DNA of 64,000 bases from Podarcis filfolensis (taxonomy: Eukaryota): NCBI GenBank assembly GCA_964270895.1, contig OZ185436.1, one strand, 5' to 3'. The number at the start of each line of letters is the position of its first letter. Within the stretch, counting starts at the first letter, position 1. Positions 36,319-49,596 of the stretch are shown in pieces. The position numbers and the translations under genes are program-made. Below the pieces are notes generated by a model. It searched no databases, was not told the origin of the DNA, and saw only the letters and a program-made list of their open reading frames with translations.

Positions 36319-39300
36319 TCAATGGTCAGGAAAGGTAGGAGCTGTCACACTGGACACTGTGTGGAAGGCAACAGGTTTCCCACCCCTGCCCTAAAGCATC
36401 TGCTAAAACACCTTGCTGGCATTGTGTATATATGTATGCTCAGGGGGTGCCATTTAACTTGTCATCACTTTAAAGATGAAGAACAGTTTGAAACAAAATG
36501 CCTACTCTTTTCAGTTGAAACCTTAATAAAAAATACAATGAAAATCGTATCTGTTTTGTGCCTCTGACTCCCTGGAATCAATAGCAAGAAAAACCGTTCA
36601 ATCTGTGTTGCAATTCTGCCCACCTTCCTCCAAATATATATTTGTCTCTCTTCTCAAATTAAGGAAAACATAAAGTATATGTTGGGATACAATTAATTGC
36701 TTCAGACCTCATTTTGCCAGCTTTCGATAATTTCTCATGAGCTTGGAAAATTCACTTTCAAAACTGCTGCTGATAGATCTCAAAGTGCATCTTTGAAAAA
36801 GTGCCAGTGACTTGGCTGTACTTTTTCATTAAATGAATGGAAACTGGATATCTTGGTCAGCTGGAAAAATCACACGCTTTGTATGCTCTCCAGGTTAGAG
36901 CTTTTCCTTCTTGGCAAAACAAAACCCCTTTTCTACTGCAGTCAACAGTTCCATTCCATCTAGGTCTGATTAAGTTCAATAACTGCAACATAATTATTTG
37001 GTGGATCAGGTTGATGATTTTCTTCTCAATGGACCCAGAATGTTCCTGCTCTTCAGAGGCACAGAACTGAAAGCTGTAAATAGTAGAAATGCTATTTGAG
37101 CTCTGGCAGGGTATGGAGAACACTAATAATACATTCCACAGAACAGGTTGTGACCCAATCTATTTCAAACCATAGGGTGCCACTCCCTGTGTCTGAAATA
37201 CGAGGTGAAGAGGTCATCACTGAAAAACATGCTGTGAATCTCTGTGCTATAAAACACCTTCTGTACTGAGCAGCAGTGACATATGTGAGTGTGTGAATTG
37301 CCTTGTAAGCTGATGTCGATTGCTGCCAAAACTTCCCTGTTGACCTGCAATGCAGCAGGTGCAGGTGTCAGAATGAATGACTGTTGACACATTCTAGCAC
37401 CATCTTCCTGTGACAGGATCACGACACTGCTCTGTTTCCTGTGGTGCATCAGATGTATAAACTATGAGGGTTAATGTGTGCACACATGCAAAAAGTCTTG
37501 CAATAGTGTGGCAGCAAGGATAGTCACATGCAATCATGTTGAGTATTGTTGGATGATAATCACCTTTGGTGTGTGTGTTTCTGAGAATGACATTTTTTTT
37601 ATAACTCATCACATGCTTTAGTCATCTTACCCACTGACCCTCTATGCACATACCGAGTTTCACAAATCATGGAGATAATTAACTATGTGTATAGCACCTT
37701 ATGGTCCAGTCTCCCATGTGCTTTATAATCTTATGTACAGATGGTAACATTTCAAGAGTATTTCGGTCACAGTTCTCATTACCCACGTCCCAGTCTTGCA
37801 GGAGTAGTAGGTGAGTTGAACTAGATGAAGGGACTCGCTAACTAAGGGAAGCCTTGCTGTGATGGAAAACCATCACTTAATCCATTAAAAAAGAAAGAAG
37901 AATGGGTGCATAAGTAAAATGAAGGTGCTTTATGTCTGGGCAGTACTGAGTGGGAAGGTAACCTTGTTTCTGGTCATGATTTTTAAAAAGTGTGTGCATG
38001 GCTGCTGAGGAACACTCATCCTGGAAGCCACTTTCTGAACATGAAAAGATAAATGCTCTCAATCAGTATCCAACAATTGCCTGGGCAAGGTTGTGGCAAT
38101 GGCAGGGGATATGTCTCTCGTCATCCATGATGGCACAGGCATTGTTCAATATATGCTTGTGACAACTGCTCAAGCGACCACACACACAGCAGCCTCGATA
38201 GCAGCAGAGGCACTGCTCGAGGGAGGCTTGCATTTAAGCAGCAACCTCTGCCTGTGCTCTGTGAGTGCTGGTTGCCAGCAACAGTAGCAGGACCTAGAAT
38301 CCATGGAAGGCAGCTGCAGCCCCTGCAGTCAAATGGTTATGCGATCTTGCTTATTTTATTTTATTTTCCAAACCAGAGAGATCTGTGCACTGCCTATAAC
38401 TTCTGCTATAAAGCTAACTCCAAAGGAAGGAGTCTGTGATATATTAGCAAATGGAAGCCATTCCATTCACTGGCTCTACTGAAGACACGTCTTATGGCAG
38501 AGCAAGGAATCTTTTCTGGTGTTCCTGTGTAGGGACAGATCCCCAAAAGCCAGGACTGCAGAGTGGAGTGCTTATGCCAGAGCTGAAGAAATTCACAGTG
38601 GAAAGTCTCCAGATACCAGAGCGGAGCAATATGTGGGAAATGGAAGGGGGAGCATGCAACCGGGTGGGATAAGTGGTTCATGGTCTAATTCCAGGTGGGA
38701 GCAGCCAGAGCTGATGTCCTTGCCAGGACAATGAGAATGCGATGCTTGCACTTATGTTGGAAGGGGCTGTTCGGTGTATCCACTTCTTGGGAGGTTATGT
38801 CCAGGTTCAGCAGGGACTTAGTGGAGGAGGCTCTTCCCCCATGGCAGGCAATCAGTGGCCCAGGAGGGAGAGAAATCACTGCCATGAGGTAATTGTTGAG
38901 GGGTGAGAGAGAGAAGTCTACTTTCCATACTGTTTAATGATCCCTCCCTGCCATCCTTCAATGCATCTCTCATGGAACAGAGTTTGTATTGCTGTGGGGT
39001 TGTCCCTTTGGCCCGTTCTCCTCCTCCTCCTCCTCTCAGGGTGTTTCCAGGCAACCTCTTTATCGAGTATTCCGCCTGAAACACTTGAAGGGATGTTAGG
39101 TGACATGTCAAAGCGAGTATTTTCCCACCCTTTCCACTGCTTTTCCCCCACACTTGCTGTAATGCAAAAAAATGCTGTCTTTTGAGGAAGGAGGTATGTG
39201 GCACAAGACCTCCCAATCAGCTTCAAATGCACAAGTATAATTTGCTAGGATGGGATTGAATCCCATCCAAGAACAACAACAGTCAGAGAGTGCCCTAAAT

Positions 39301-39849
39301 GGTTTTTCAGCGGAACTTGTAGCATCCACCAATATGAACTTCTATTTAAACACACATGCAAGCATTTTGACTGTGTGCCACAAGATGTATTTATGATTTG
39401 CTTTCACCAGAGAGGCATGGGGTTGACCCTCTGACCACTTGCGGGAGGGAAGCTGTTGTGCCCTGCATGGGAACTGGAGTTGCATCTTCTAACATTTTCC
39501 AAGGGGAGCAATTTAGTCTGATATGCAGTTCAGCCACAGTTGGGACATATCTTGCTTATTTCTTGGCAGTGCCAGTTTGCATGGCTTCCAGTTCATGTGT
39601 CTCTTATTTGTACTTCCCTGTGGTTTCATAGCTCTGTTGTGGAGCTGTATATGCCAACATGAATGTATGGACAGGAGGCAGAGAATGAGACCACATTTTG
39701 CAGAGTTCCCCAGTTGGTGTGCACAGGGCCCACAACTACAGGAGCTGCTGGTGTTACATGTATATTCTCTGGTCCCAGGTGGAGTGAAAAATAGGAGGCA
39801 AGACCAGCAGGCATGAGACCTCTTGCCCTATCAGTTCCCCTTGTGTTTT

Positions 39850-39991
39850 CATAGAATTGTAGAGTTGGAAGGGACCATAAGCATCATCTAGTCCAATCCC
39901 CCACAGTCCAGGAATCTTTTGCCCAAAGTGGGACTCGAATCCACAACCTTGAGATTAAGAGTCTCATGCTCTACCAACTGAGCTATCCCAG
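39850..39991 (-). mobile_element. tRNA-Lys-derived SINE with CR1-type tail
   Basis: Minus strand 'ggatagctcagttggtagagcatgagactcttaatctcaagg...tgggc' followed directly by 'ggtcccttccaactctacaattctatg'. Confidence 0.85.
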
Positions 39992-40944
39992 AACACAAAC
40001 TCTGCCACCAAGTAATCCATCAAGGACAACACAGAATGTGTTGCAAACATGCTCCTGGGTTTGCAGGGGCTGGATATTCTGGGTCATTTTCAGTGCCCTT
40101 TAGGCATGCGTGTGAAGGGATATGGTTTGTTTTGGGTCTATCCAAATGCAACTTTAAATTAAAAATAATAATCATGGAGAGTGGCAAAATTATGCATCAA
40201 CACATGCCAGTCATAGTCGCTTTTAAATTAGTATCTTTTGAATTGTCTGCCATTTCCTATCAGTCAGGTTATTGATCTGCATCTAGTTAATTTTAAGGAC
40301 TGAGTGGTTGGCCAAAGTGTAAACAAGAGCAAAAGAATACCAGCAAGCATCATTTGAACGAGGAATAGAAGGCAAGGAAGAAGGTGGCAAGGGAGGTAAT
40401 AAGGCACAACAAGCTCCACTAATAGGTCCTAGCTGGGATGTTGATACATGACATATTGGTGCAGACGGCTCTTTCAACTGTAGCAAATTGAAACAAAAGG
40501 TGTTGGCCCTTTTCTGGCTGGTATATTGTTTAGCATGGTGAGGCTGTGACTACACCAACTCCCTGATGTTTTCATATAGGCAGCTGCATATCAGATGTGC
40601 AGTTCAAATCAGCACTGATCCACAGTGAAGCCCTAGTGCTCAGAAGGCCTGGGTTAACTCTGTACTCATCAGAGCAGTGAATATCTCAACAGGCACATTG
40701 CTTCTGCCTATGTCATAGTAAACAATATATCATCATCATAATGCTGGGGTTGGGGACAGAGATCCCATCTTCCCACTATGTTGAATTTGCCAGCCTGCAG
40801 AAATCTGCAAGGAACCCATTTTTGTGAGTTGGTTCATCAAGCCTGCAAGTGTCTCCCCCACCATGCATCTGGTTGAAGGCTCAAAAAACAATTCAGCAGG
40901 AAGCACTTGATAAAACCCACCCCTCAAGCCAATGTGGTCTGGTG

Positions 40945-41367
40945 TAGGGAGGCGGGAAGAAATTTGTTTGATTCACATTTTAATGAGAACTTCCCTAATT
41001 CACACTTTCTAAACTGGAGGCAAATCAAAATTCAGCTTTCCTTCCTTCCTTCCTTCCTTCCTTCCTTCCTTCCTTCCTTCCTTTCAAACTTAACACTTCT
41101 CTGAATTTTGCATTGCACTTCTCTGCCCTAAAACTGTGTATCTTAGGCGAAAGGGCACACAAAAATGCATATATCCATCAAGTAAAAGTGCTTTATATAT
41201 GGGGAAATTGCTTACTTTACATGGAGAAATGGGCAGAAAAATTTGCATGAATTTTGATGCAGACTTTTATAGGAGGAGAAGAGAAATCCTGAAACTGGAC
41301 TGGAAACTGGATTAGAATTGGAGAGAGACTTGGCAAAAAACTGAAATTGATATATCTGTCCATCCTT
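40945..41367 (+). mobile_element. ~400-bp hAT-like MITE with an internal (CCTT)n expansion (41038-41083)
   Basis: Same family as 30931 and 43080. Confidence 0.6.
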
Positions 41368-41474
41368 GAAGCTTCATGGGAGTTCTTTGACTAGTCATTA
41401 TAGCCAACTTTGCTCATTGCTTATAAGCCACATTTTAAAAATGTGAATAGCCCCTGCACAGGTTTTCTCTGTAT

Positions 41475-41608
41475 CATGGGTGCCGGACCTGTGGCCCTCC
41501 AGATGTTGCTGGACTCCAGCTTCCATCCATAAGAATTGGCCATGCTGGCTAAGGGTGATGAGAATTTGAGTCCAACAACATCTGGATGACCACAGGTCAC
41601 CTCACCTG
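41475..41608. mobile_element. hAT-Charlie-type MITE
   Basis: Shared core; flanks ctctgtat / ctctaaat. Confidence 0.75.
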
Positions 41609-41648
41609 CTCTAAATTCTTTGGGCCTATCAGTAAGCTGACCATTTAT

Positions 41649-41737
41649 GGTGCAATCCAATGCATGCTTACTTGGATGTATATCCAACTGCATTCAATGG
41701 GGCTTACTCCCTAATAAGCCTGTTTTAAGATTACACC
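41649..41737. repeat. Short palindromic interspersed repeat (probable old MITE)
   Basis: 'gcaatcc...cattcaatggggcttactcc...gattacacc'; related copies near 20255, 23955, 24770, 48114, 51421, 53950 and 59066. Confidence 0.55.
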
Positions 41738-43079
41738 TTAAATCCCACTTGGTATAATCGGATTACCTATTCAGTGATTTGCTCACCTAGGAAGGAATAT
41801 GGATTGGATATACTGGGACAATGCTTTTCCTTTGTAAGAGCCTAGATTAAATATACAGACTTCTGCTAGAAAGGATAACTTGTCTGGAAAATGCCAGTTT
41901 GGCCAGGCTTGCTCTGGTGTTAATTGTCACTAATGAGCAGGCTATGGAAGGCTTGGCTCTCAGAGGCCACTGGAGATGGAATGCCACATCATCTGGAGAA
42001 GAATGCCCTTCAGTAGTGTTGGTTTGGCAGGAGAGCAGCCGTGACCTCAAAGCGGACTACTTTAACTGCATGAATGGATTTGTTATCAGAGAATGCCTCT
42101 ATTCTTATACCTAGCATACTCTGAGCTCGTGCTTAATGCTGATTGTACTGCAGAGAGCACAGAGTGTTAAGAGGATCTCCTGTACTTACTGTACACAGAT
42201 GGATTTATTTATGTCTATATTGTGGAGGCTGAGGGGAGGGCGAGAGAAGAGACTCATTCTGCAAAAGGGGATAACCCCCTCTGGAGGTCATGTTGCCCCT
42301 GAGAGCTGGCTCATGCTGTAAGACACTTTGAATCCTGCATGACCGCGAAGCCCAATGCCATGTTACTTGGCATTGCCGCCAGGGGCCTGATAGTTAGCAT
42401 TGCTCCTTAGTGGTGATGAAAGCTATGGTGAGCACTAAACGCCCATCTGTTACTGCAGCGCCTCCCATACTGACAGCCTTTCATCTTTCAAAGTCTGGCT
42501 CTTGGGAGTTTGCAGAAATGGAGGAGGAAAGGAATGCAAGGGAGAGAAGGAAAGCAAATTACGCCTTTGCTTAAACCCCACTCAAAACCTTATTTTAAAC
42601 CTTTTCTTTTTTCCAAACTCATTTCTAATGACTTTTTTTATTTTTATCCAGTCCTTTTGACTATTGTTAACTTTTCTCAAAAAAAGCAATTTAAAAAACA
42701 CATGCTTGCTTAAAACTGGTAAGAGATCATTGTTCCCAACAATCTTTGCCACATGATTGACTAGTTCATGATGCAACACTGACATTTTCTTTGGTTTACC
42801 CCTCCCATTGAACATATCTAGTAGGGGTTTTGATATAAGCAGTTGTGCTGAGTGCTCTTATGCAACACACACACAAACACACATTTAGCATGCCATGTTT
42901 GATCTAGGATTGCTTTACATGTAACTATATTCTTGCATGGAAGTGACTTTTATGTAGGAATTTAACACAGTCCTTAATGTAGGGAGTCATGTAGGGCTAT
43001 AATACACATGCATGATTCACTGTGCATACTAACACAAGGAACTCATAATATGGTCCTGACTTTCTATAATGTAGGTGCA

Positions 43080-43516
43080 CAATGGATGGGGGAGAAATTC
43101 TAGTCAATTCACATTTAAAGGTGAACCTAACTAATTCAAACTTTATGAAACAATATGCACACCAAAACCACAGACGTCAGTTGAAATTTGCATGTTTCCT
43201 AATTTTGCAATCCATTTCTCCAGCCAAGTAATGCCTACATATAAGCATATTTTAGTGTCGTATGTGCATAAAAATGCATATTATAATAAAATACATACAG
43301 AACTGCATCATATTAGCAAAAATAAGCTTTGCAAAAATGTGTATATTAGGCAACTTTATATGTGTATTGTAGGAGAAATTTACACTGAAATGCTGGTGAA
43401 TTTTCATGAATTTTTTTTTAAATTGCAAGCCAATGTAAAAATGTGGAGAACTGAACTTAAGATTGGAAAAATTAGAAACTGAGAGAAACCTAAATTTACA
43501 TGTTTGCTCATCCCTA
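43080..43516 (+). mobile_element. ~430-bp hAT-like MITE
   Basis: Ends in 'ctcatcccta'; same family as 30931. Confidence 0.65.
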
Positions 43517-43626
43517 ATGCACATGCGGCAAGCTACAAAAATGTAGGATTATCTTGTGTGGAACACACAAGCAGGTCTCAGGTGATTCTACTGATGTGGA
43601 ATGGGCATCAGTTGCCTCTTATGTTT

Positions 43627-43788
43627 CTAAGAAGCTGCCTTTTATGTCATTCTGCCCCAGTATTGTCTGCTCTGATTGGCCGTAGCTTTCCATCTCCTGC
43701 TACTTGATTCTTTTAACTTGAGATGCCAGAGATTAAACCTGAGAGCTTCAGCATACAAAATGTGTGCCATAGCACTAAGCTATGGTTC
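43627..43788 (-). mobile_element. Diverged tRNA-headed SINE
   Basis: 'agaagctgcctt...cagtattgtct...gagatgccagagattaaacctg...cactaagctatgg'. Confidence 0.6.
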
Positions 43789-45759
43789 TCTAAACGGGAT
43801 TTATGCAACTTGCAGCTCACAAGTGCCTTCCTCCATTCAGGAATTTGTCATGTATTATGTGACCCTAACTCCTACCATGTTCCTTGTCCATTTCTCCTGA
43901 AGACCCTCTGATGATATTCTTTGCGTCCCAATTCTGCTATTTAACCCCAGTCCCTTATAATCTAACGTGACATGAAAGAAATGATTGAAAATTAAATCTG
44001 AGGCTGACTTTTGTTATGCTTCCCAGGGAAACCATGTAAAAACTCTTCTTTGCAAATCAAGGAAAGTCTGCACAGGCATTGCTCTAGAATCCTTTTGTTA
44101 CCAAGTTTCAGAGCGAGCATTGAGAGGAGATGAACTGATGGTGTCTCTCTTCCAACTCTTTTAACATCCTATGATTCTGCTAGCATTTATATTTGGATTC
44201 TCCAGCAAATTCTGCCTGCGGGGAGATGACAATAGCAACTCTGTAGCCCATCCATTTGTGAAGCTCTGGCGACAGAGTGCTGTGTACAAGACTTTGAAAA
44301 AGCAGGCCTTATGTGCCACCAGGAAGCCTGTCACTTTCGTACTGACAGTTCCTCGGCCATTAATCTGGAACGCGCGCAAATTCCTAGTTTTCTTTCATTT
44401 CATCGCCCTCGTTTTTGTTCATTAAAATGGCTGAGATATTTCACTCAGCAGCAATTATTGAGCAATAACTCTTTCCTCAGGAGTTTTTCCAGAGCTGATG
44501 CTCTGCTATCTGAGTGTTCTCTTGGGCCTTCTCCCAGGCAACCAACCCTTCTGCCTCCTCCTCCTCCATTTTTTTCTGTTAAAGAGTCATGTATCATGCC
44601 CAGAGGCTGAGCGGCTGAGGCAGTTGCTATCTCAGTGCAAGTAGCTGTTTTCCATACTTGGCATGCAGTTCTTACAAGGACAACTTGATATAAAGGGGAA
44701 CATCCCCTTTGGGCTTTGGATATTTCATTAGAATAAAGTGCTCAAGTGGGGTGTTGTTTTCCAATCCAGCTGACAAATTTCAGCTGCTGTTTCCCAACCC
44801 TAACTCGAAATATTTCTATATATTTTCTTAACTCTCTTGTTTCTCTCAGCTCCATTTATAGCCCTGAGGACAGGCGACAGGGGTGGTTTGGAGAGAAAGG
44901 AGCTGAAAGTATTTTTGCTTCAGTAGTTTATGGCAAATCCGCGCTCTAGATTCCACTCATTTTATTTCAGTACTGGTCTCAAATTCAGCTGTAGGTCTCC
45001 AATTTTGAACTGAGGAATAGGCAACAGTTGCCTGTCTGTTCTTTGTGGCACTGTGTCAGCTGCCCAGACAAGGCAATTGGCAAAAATTCAGTTCAGCATT
45101 GCCTTTGGAGACTGTTTAGGTCATATATCCTGTGGTTCCAATGACTTGACTTTCCTCCTGCTATATAATTCCTGTATCTCCTCAGACTGACCATCCAAAG
45201 AGCTGAGCCTCTGACCATCCAAAGAGCTGAGCCTGAGAACACACCTTTCCACAGGTTTAGCTCACCCAACCTCAGCTTGCCTTGCTTAGCCTTATTCCAC
45301 CTGCCTCCCCTCCACTCCTATCCTTTGTACATTATATTGGAAGTCCATCCAACGTTGCTTCCAAATAAATGTGCATAAAATGGCACTCTTACTCAGCCAG
45401 CCTTTTTAGTGCATCACCTCAGCCACCATCATTCCTAAGTCATTTCTTGGGGATGACAGTGGTTCAAATCCATTCCAAACAAGAACATTGGGCTGAATTT
45501 TGGATCCTTAGGTGCTTCAGTTTTTCAGACACACTCTCATGATGATTACAGATTTCTGTGGGCATTTCCCATTGTGATTTCAGGGTAGAAGCCAGTTGTT
45601 CGCCCATCTCCTCCTAAGCAAGGGCTGAAGCTTAAAGAAGCTGTGTTCTGATTCTGGGACAAGAATCTTCTATTGAAATGAGGATTTTTGTGTTTGCCTC
45701 CCAATAAGCCTGACTCTATTCAGATGAGGGGAAACTATTCTCTTCACTTTCTTACCTGT

Positions 45760-46197
45760 TCATTTAAAAAATGTCTAGACTATCTTTCAAGGCACATTGC
45801 CCTCACAAGGCAGTGTGCAAAATTCCCAAGCACAACCATCATAATCTAAAAACCAACAATTTTAAAGCACAAATATGACTCAAATATGTGCAATAACATT
45901 AACTCATAGCACAACTGTTAATTAAATGTGTTTTTAAAAAAGCCCTGAAAACCTTTCTAGAAAATGAACAGTGCTGGGGCCACACATGTATTTGATTGGG
46001 AAAGAAAGTTGCAGAGATAGGAGGCCATCATCAATGGTCTGTCCCTCGTACCTGTGAATATAGCATCTCTTACTGGTGAGCTGGAGAGCGTTTGATTTTA
46101 AATTCCTGGCAGGTTGATTTGGGTCAAAGCAGTCTTTCACATAACCTGGTTCCAAACTATTTAAGGCTTTAAAGACCAAACCCAGCACTTTAACCTA
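45760..46197 (-). mobile_element. Degenerate L2 3' fragment
   Basis: ORF 45934-46188(-) begins MLGLVFKALNSLEPGYVKD..., an L2 ORF2 motif. Confidence 0.65.
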
Positions 46198-46383
46198 ACA
46201 GCGTTTCCATGGGCTGCTCTGGTTTTGCCAGTAACGGCTTACTCATACTGGCCACATGACCTGGAAAAACTGTCTGCGGACAAACGTCAGCTCCCTCGGC
46301 CAGTAAAGCGAGATGAGCACCACAATCGCAGAGTCGTCTGTGACTGGACTTAACTGTCAGCGGTCCTTTACCTTTACCTTTTT
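46198..46383 (+). mobile_element. Sauria SINE, 5'-truncated
   Basis: 'ctggccacatgacc...ctccctcggccagtaaagcgagatgagc...cctttacctttacc' with the (ACCTTT)n tail. Confidence 0.85.
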
Positions 46384-46600
46384 AGAAACAAATAGGCACC
46401 CAACATAGCTGGGACTCAACTGATGCAATATGTTCCAGTCACCTGACTCCATACTTCAAATTGAGGGAAGTAAATGTCTTTTTTGCTCCCAGTTATAGTT
46501 GTGACAGGGGCAGACTTTAGCCTCACAGAAGATTTTGAAGATCAATATTTTATTGGGATTCTCTCTCAAGATGACATTATTTTCCCTCTGTTGATGTTCC

Positions 46601-46604
<4 letters not shown>

Positions 46605-46652
<48 letters not shown>

Positions 46653-46654
46653 TG
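46605..46654. repeat. (TC)n(TG)n microsatellite
   Basis: Seen directly. Confidence 0.95.
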
Positions 46655-48113
46655 GTGGAAGACAGCAGAGGCTGAATATACTTCCTCCATCTCTCTCGTA
46701 TTTCTAATAGCTTTGTTCACCTCAGCTGCAATAGGGTTGCCATGGTGATCGATTCTGCCTGGCATCCACACTGCTTGTTTTATGAGGCAATGCCCAGGCT
46801 TTGCCATTCCTTCAGCATGTGGTTTTATTGAGGGGGGGGCAAGGAGATGAGGATTGAATGTATCAATGGGGCATGGAGAGTGGAGGTTGGCTATCTCTGT
46901 CTGGGATCAGTGTGTTACGGTTTTCCTCAGTCATTCTCAATATAGCACATTCTAAATTCCCTCAGGTATTTCTGAGGTTTCTTTGTTCACATTTGAAAGC
47001 CCTTTACCTTTAATATCTGAAATATATCCTTTTCACATTTGGGTTAAACGTAGCTCCATTTTTCCTTAGCCCCTTGTCATATTTTTTATTATTAATTTGA
47101 TTTATTAGTAGCTTGCCACATAAGGAGTCTCAAAGTGACTTCCAAAATTTTAATAACGTAATACTCAACAGAGAGTAATACATTACAATAATAAGCATAC
47201 CATTACCCATAAAACAGGCCCAGTAAAAAGCCAGTTAAACAGCTTTTAAAATCGAAAATGCAAAATAGATAAAAGTAGTATTATTAAATCCTAGCGTTAA
47301 GATTCTTGTTCTTGTTCGAGTTAAAATAGGTCACTTTTCTACAATGTTTCCACAACTAGATAAATCCCGTCATTTGCTTGGGATGCGCAATGGCCACAAA
47401 ATTCAACATGTATCTGTATTTGCTGCTTTGGAAAGCAACTCAATATGTTTCAGAAATGCTCTGTGTCTTTCCCATTTGGCTCATTATACAGGACCATATT
47501 AGATTTGTTAAAAACAAAACTTTGTTTTCTCCTTATCCACTATAATGAGGAATCTAAAATTGGCTATAACTTTCTTCCTCTCAATGAAATTTGCAGGAGT
47601 AGCAGACCCTCCAGAGTAGAGATTGTGCTTGCCAAATTGTAGACAGATACAGCCAGATGTTTTTGTGCGAGGCATATTTAAAAGTTTGATTTAAACAAAA
47701 AACAAACAAAAGAAAAGTCTATAACTTTTTCACTTTCTGCATGAATTTGATGCAATTCACAAGCATGACCACCCTTTACGATGGGGTGAAGGCTGCCAAA
47801 TTTCAGTATGATAGCTTCAATGTTCTCTTGCAAGGGCAAACGTTAGCATTTTCAGGTGGATACAATAGAAAGCAGAGGTTTTGTACCCCAGAAAAAAGAA
47901 ATGGCGCTGCAATTTTTGGAGAGCCTTGGCCCCAAAGGAAATCAGAAGCTTAAGGAAGCCCTGATCTGACTTGAGACACCTTTCTTAATGGTGCAATATG
48001 ACTCAGGAATGTGAGAGCCTTCCCCATATCATCTCAATTCACCTCACAATCTGGGGATACATACAGAGCTGCTGCACACCCCTGACATTTACCATGCCCT
48101 CCCTGCACACTTT

Positions 48114-48206
48114 CAGCATAAAAATATGCATTCCTCCTACTCAAAAGTAAGTGCCATTGAGTTCAGTAGAATTTACTCTCAGGTAAGTGTGTATAGGATT
48201 TCAGGC
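48114..48206. repeat. Short palindromic interspersed repeat
   Basis: 'tactcaaaagtaagtgccattgagttcagtagaatttactctcaggtaagtgtgtataggatt'. Confidence 0.6.
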
Positions 48207-49337
48207 TGGGAACAAATGTGTGGTCAAAGTGGAAACAAATTATTCTAAAGTGGCTTTGGCTGCAATCTGGCAAACATTTAGATGCCCTCAGGACACACTG
48301 AAATGAATGGAGTATGATCTTATGAACAGCTTCCAGTGCTTTGTGTCATTTTCTTTAGTAAAGACTCGTATCATAAAGACTCATTTAGCAATGAATGAGG
48401 CTGGCAAAGTTATAATGCCTCTCTTCAGATTTTGGTCCTTCATGTCGGATCCAAAGCAATTTCAAATTGTGACATTCCTCTCACAATAATAGCATTTGTT
48501 CGAAGAAAGATGATGTGGTCTGGATAGCAAAGTGTGTCATTGAATTAAAAGCAAATCAGAATTTATTGGTAGATTTACTGGGGATCCTACACTTGATCTC
48601 TGACGGTTCTGCTGTAGTATGCTCCATCAATGATACAGGAGGCTTTGTCCAATGGCCAGTATTATCTACAGTGCAGCGGGGAACTCTGGAGATGCCAGGA
48701 ACCACAAAAACATGCTTCATAGCTTTTCTGTGAAGCTGGGGGTATCAGATTCCAGAACAGGTTTGAAAAACTTTATGGAGAATTCTTAATCTAGCAAGAC
48801 TTTTCAGAGTAAAACCTACTGGTTATGCCCATCCCAGCCGATAAGCCAGCACTCCTATTACAGGGTTCCTGTTACAGTGCAAACATCAGTGTGTATTTGA
48901 TGTAGGCCTCTCTTCATTCATAATACAGAACATATGAATACAGTAGAATTGGGGGAAGTGCTATTTACTAGTAGCACACGGCTAATTATATAGCAAGATC
49001 TCACCAGTCTCTCCCCACTACAGCTGTTAATTTTCTGTAAATATGTTTTTAATGAGCCACTAGTAGTTACAACATAAAGTAGCTGTAGCAGCAAGGGCTG
49101 TCTCCTTAGATTTAGCAGGCTCCCGCCACATACTGGTAGACATTAATTTAAAGCTATATAATACCTTATCAAAACCCCATTAAAAAACATGGTTTACTTG
49201 CTTCTCTTCACTGAGTATGCCAAGTCCCCAAGAAATCCACATGAGAGCAGTTACAAGGCCCAAGGAGTAGCTAGCATAAGGCAGGGTGGGGAGTGAGAAA
49301 TGGGGGGTCCTTTCTGATCACACAGAAAAATCATATG

Positions 49338-49520
49338 TATGTTATTTATATCCCATCCTTCATCCCAGAGTCTCAGGACAGCAGATGTGGTTCTTCTTCC
49401 TCCTCTCATTTTAAATTTACAAGAATCCTATAAGGCAAGTTAGCCTGAAAAATACTCAAGGGCATCCAGTAAATTTCCTAGTGGAATATGGATCTGACGC
49501 CAACTCTCCACAGTCCTAGC
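49338..49520 (-). mobile_element. MIR-related squamate SINE (diverged)
   Basis: 'tttatatcccatcctt...acaagaatcctataaggcaagttagcctga' pattern. Confidence 0.5.
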
Positions 49521-49545
49521 TTGTACATACATATAGACATTCTCT

Positions 49546-49593
<48 letters not shown>

Positions 49594-49596
49594 ACA
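49546..49596. repeat. (TC)n(AC)n microsatellite
   Basis: Seen directly. Confidence 0.95.

Noticed and set aside
39917-39991. tRNA-Lys(CTT) gene
   Set aside because: The acceptor and T stems are mutated and it is fused directly to a CR1-type tail. A sister copy lies at 62643, so it is a SINE.
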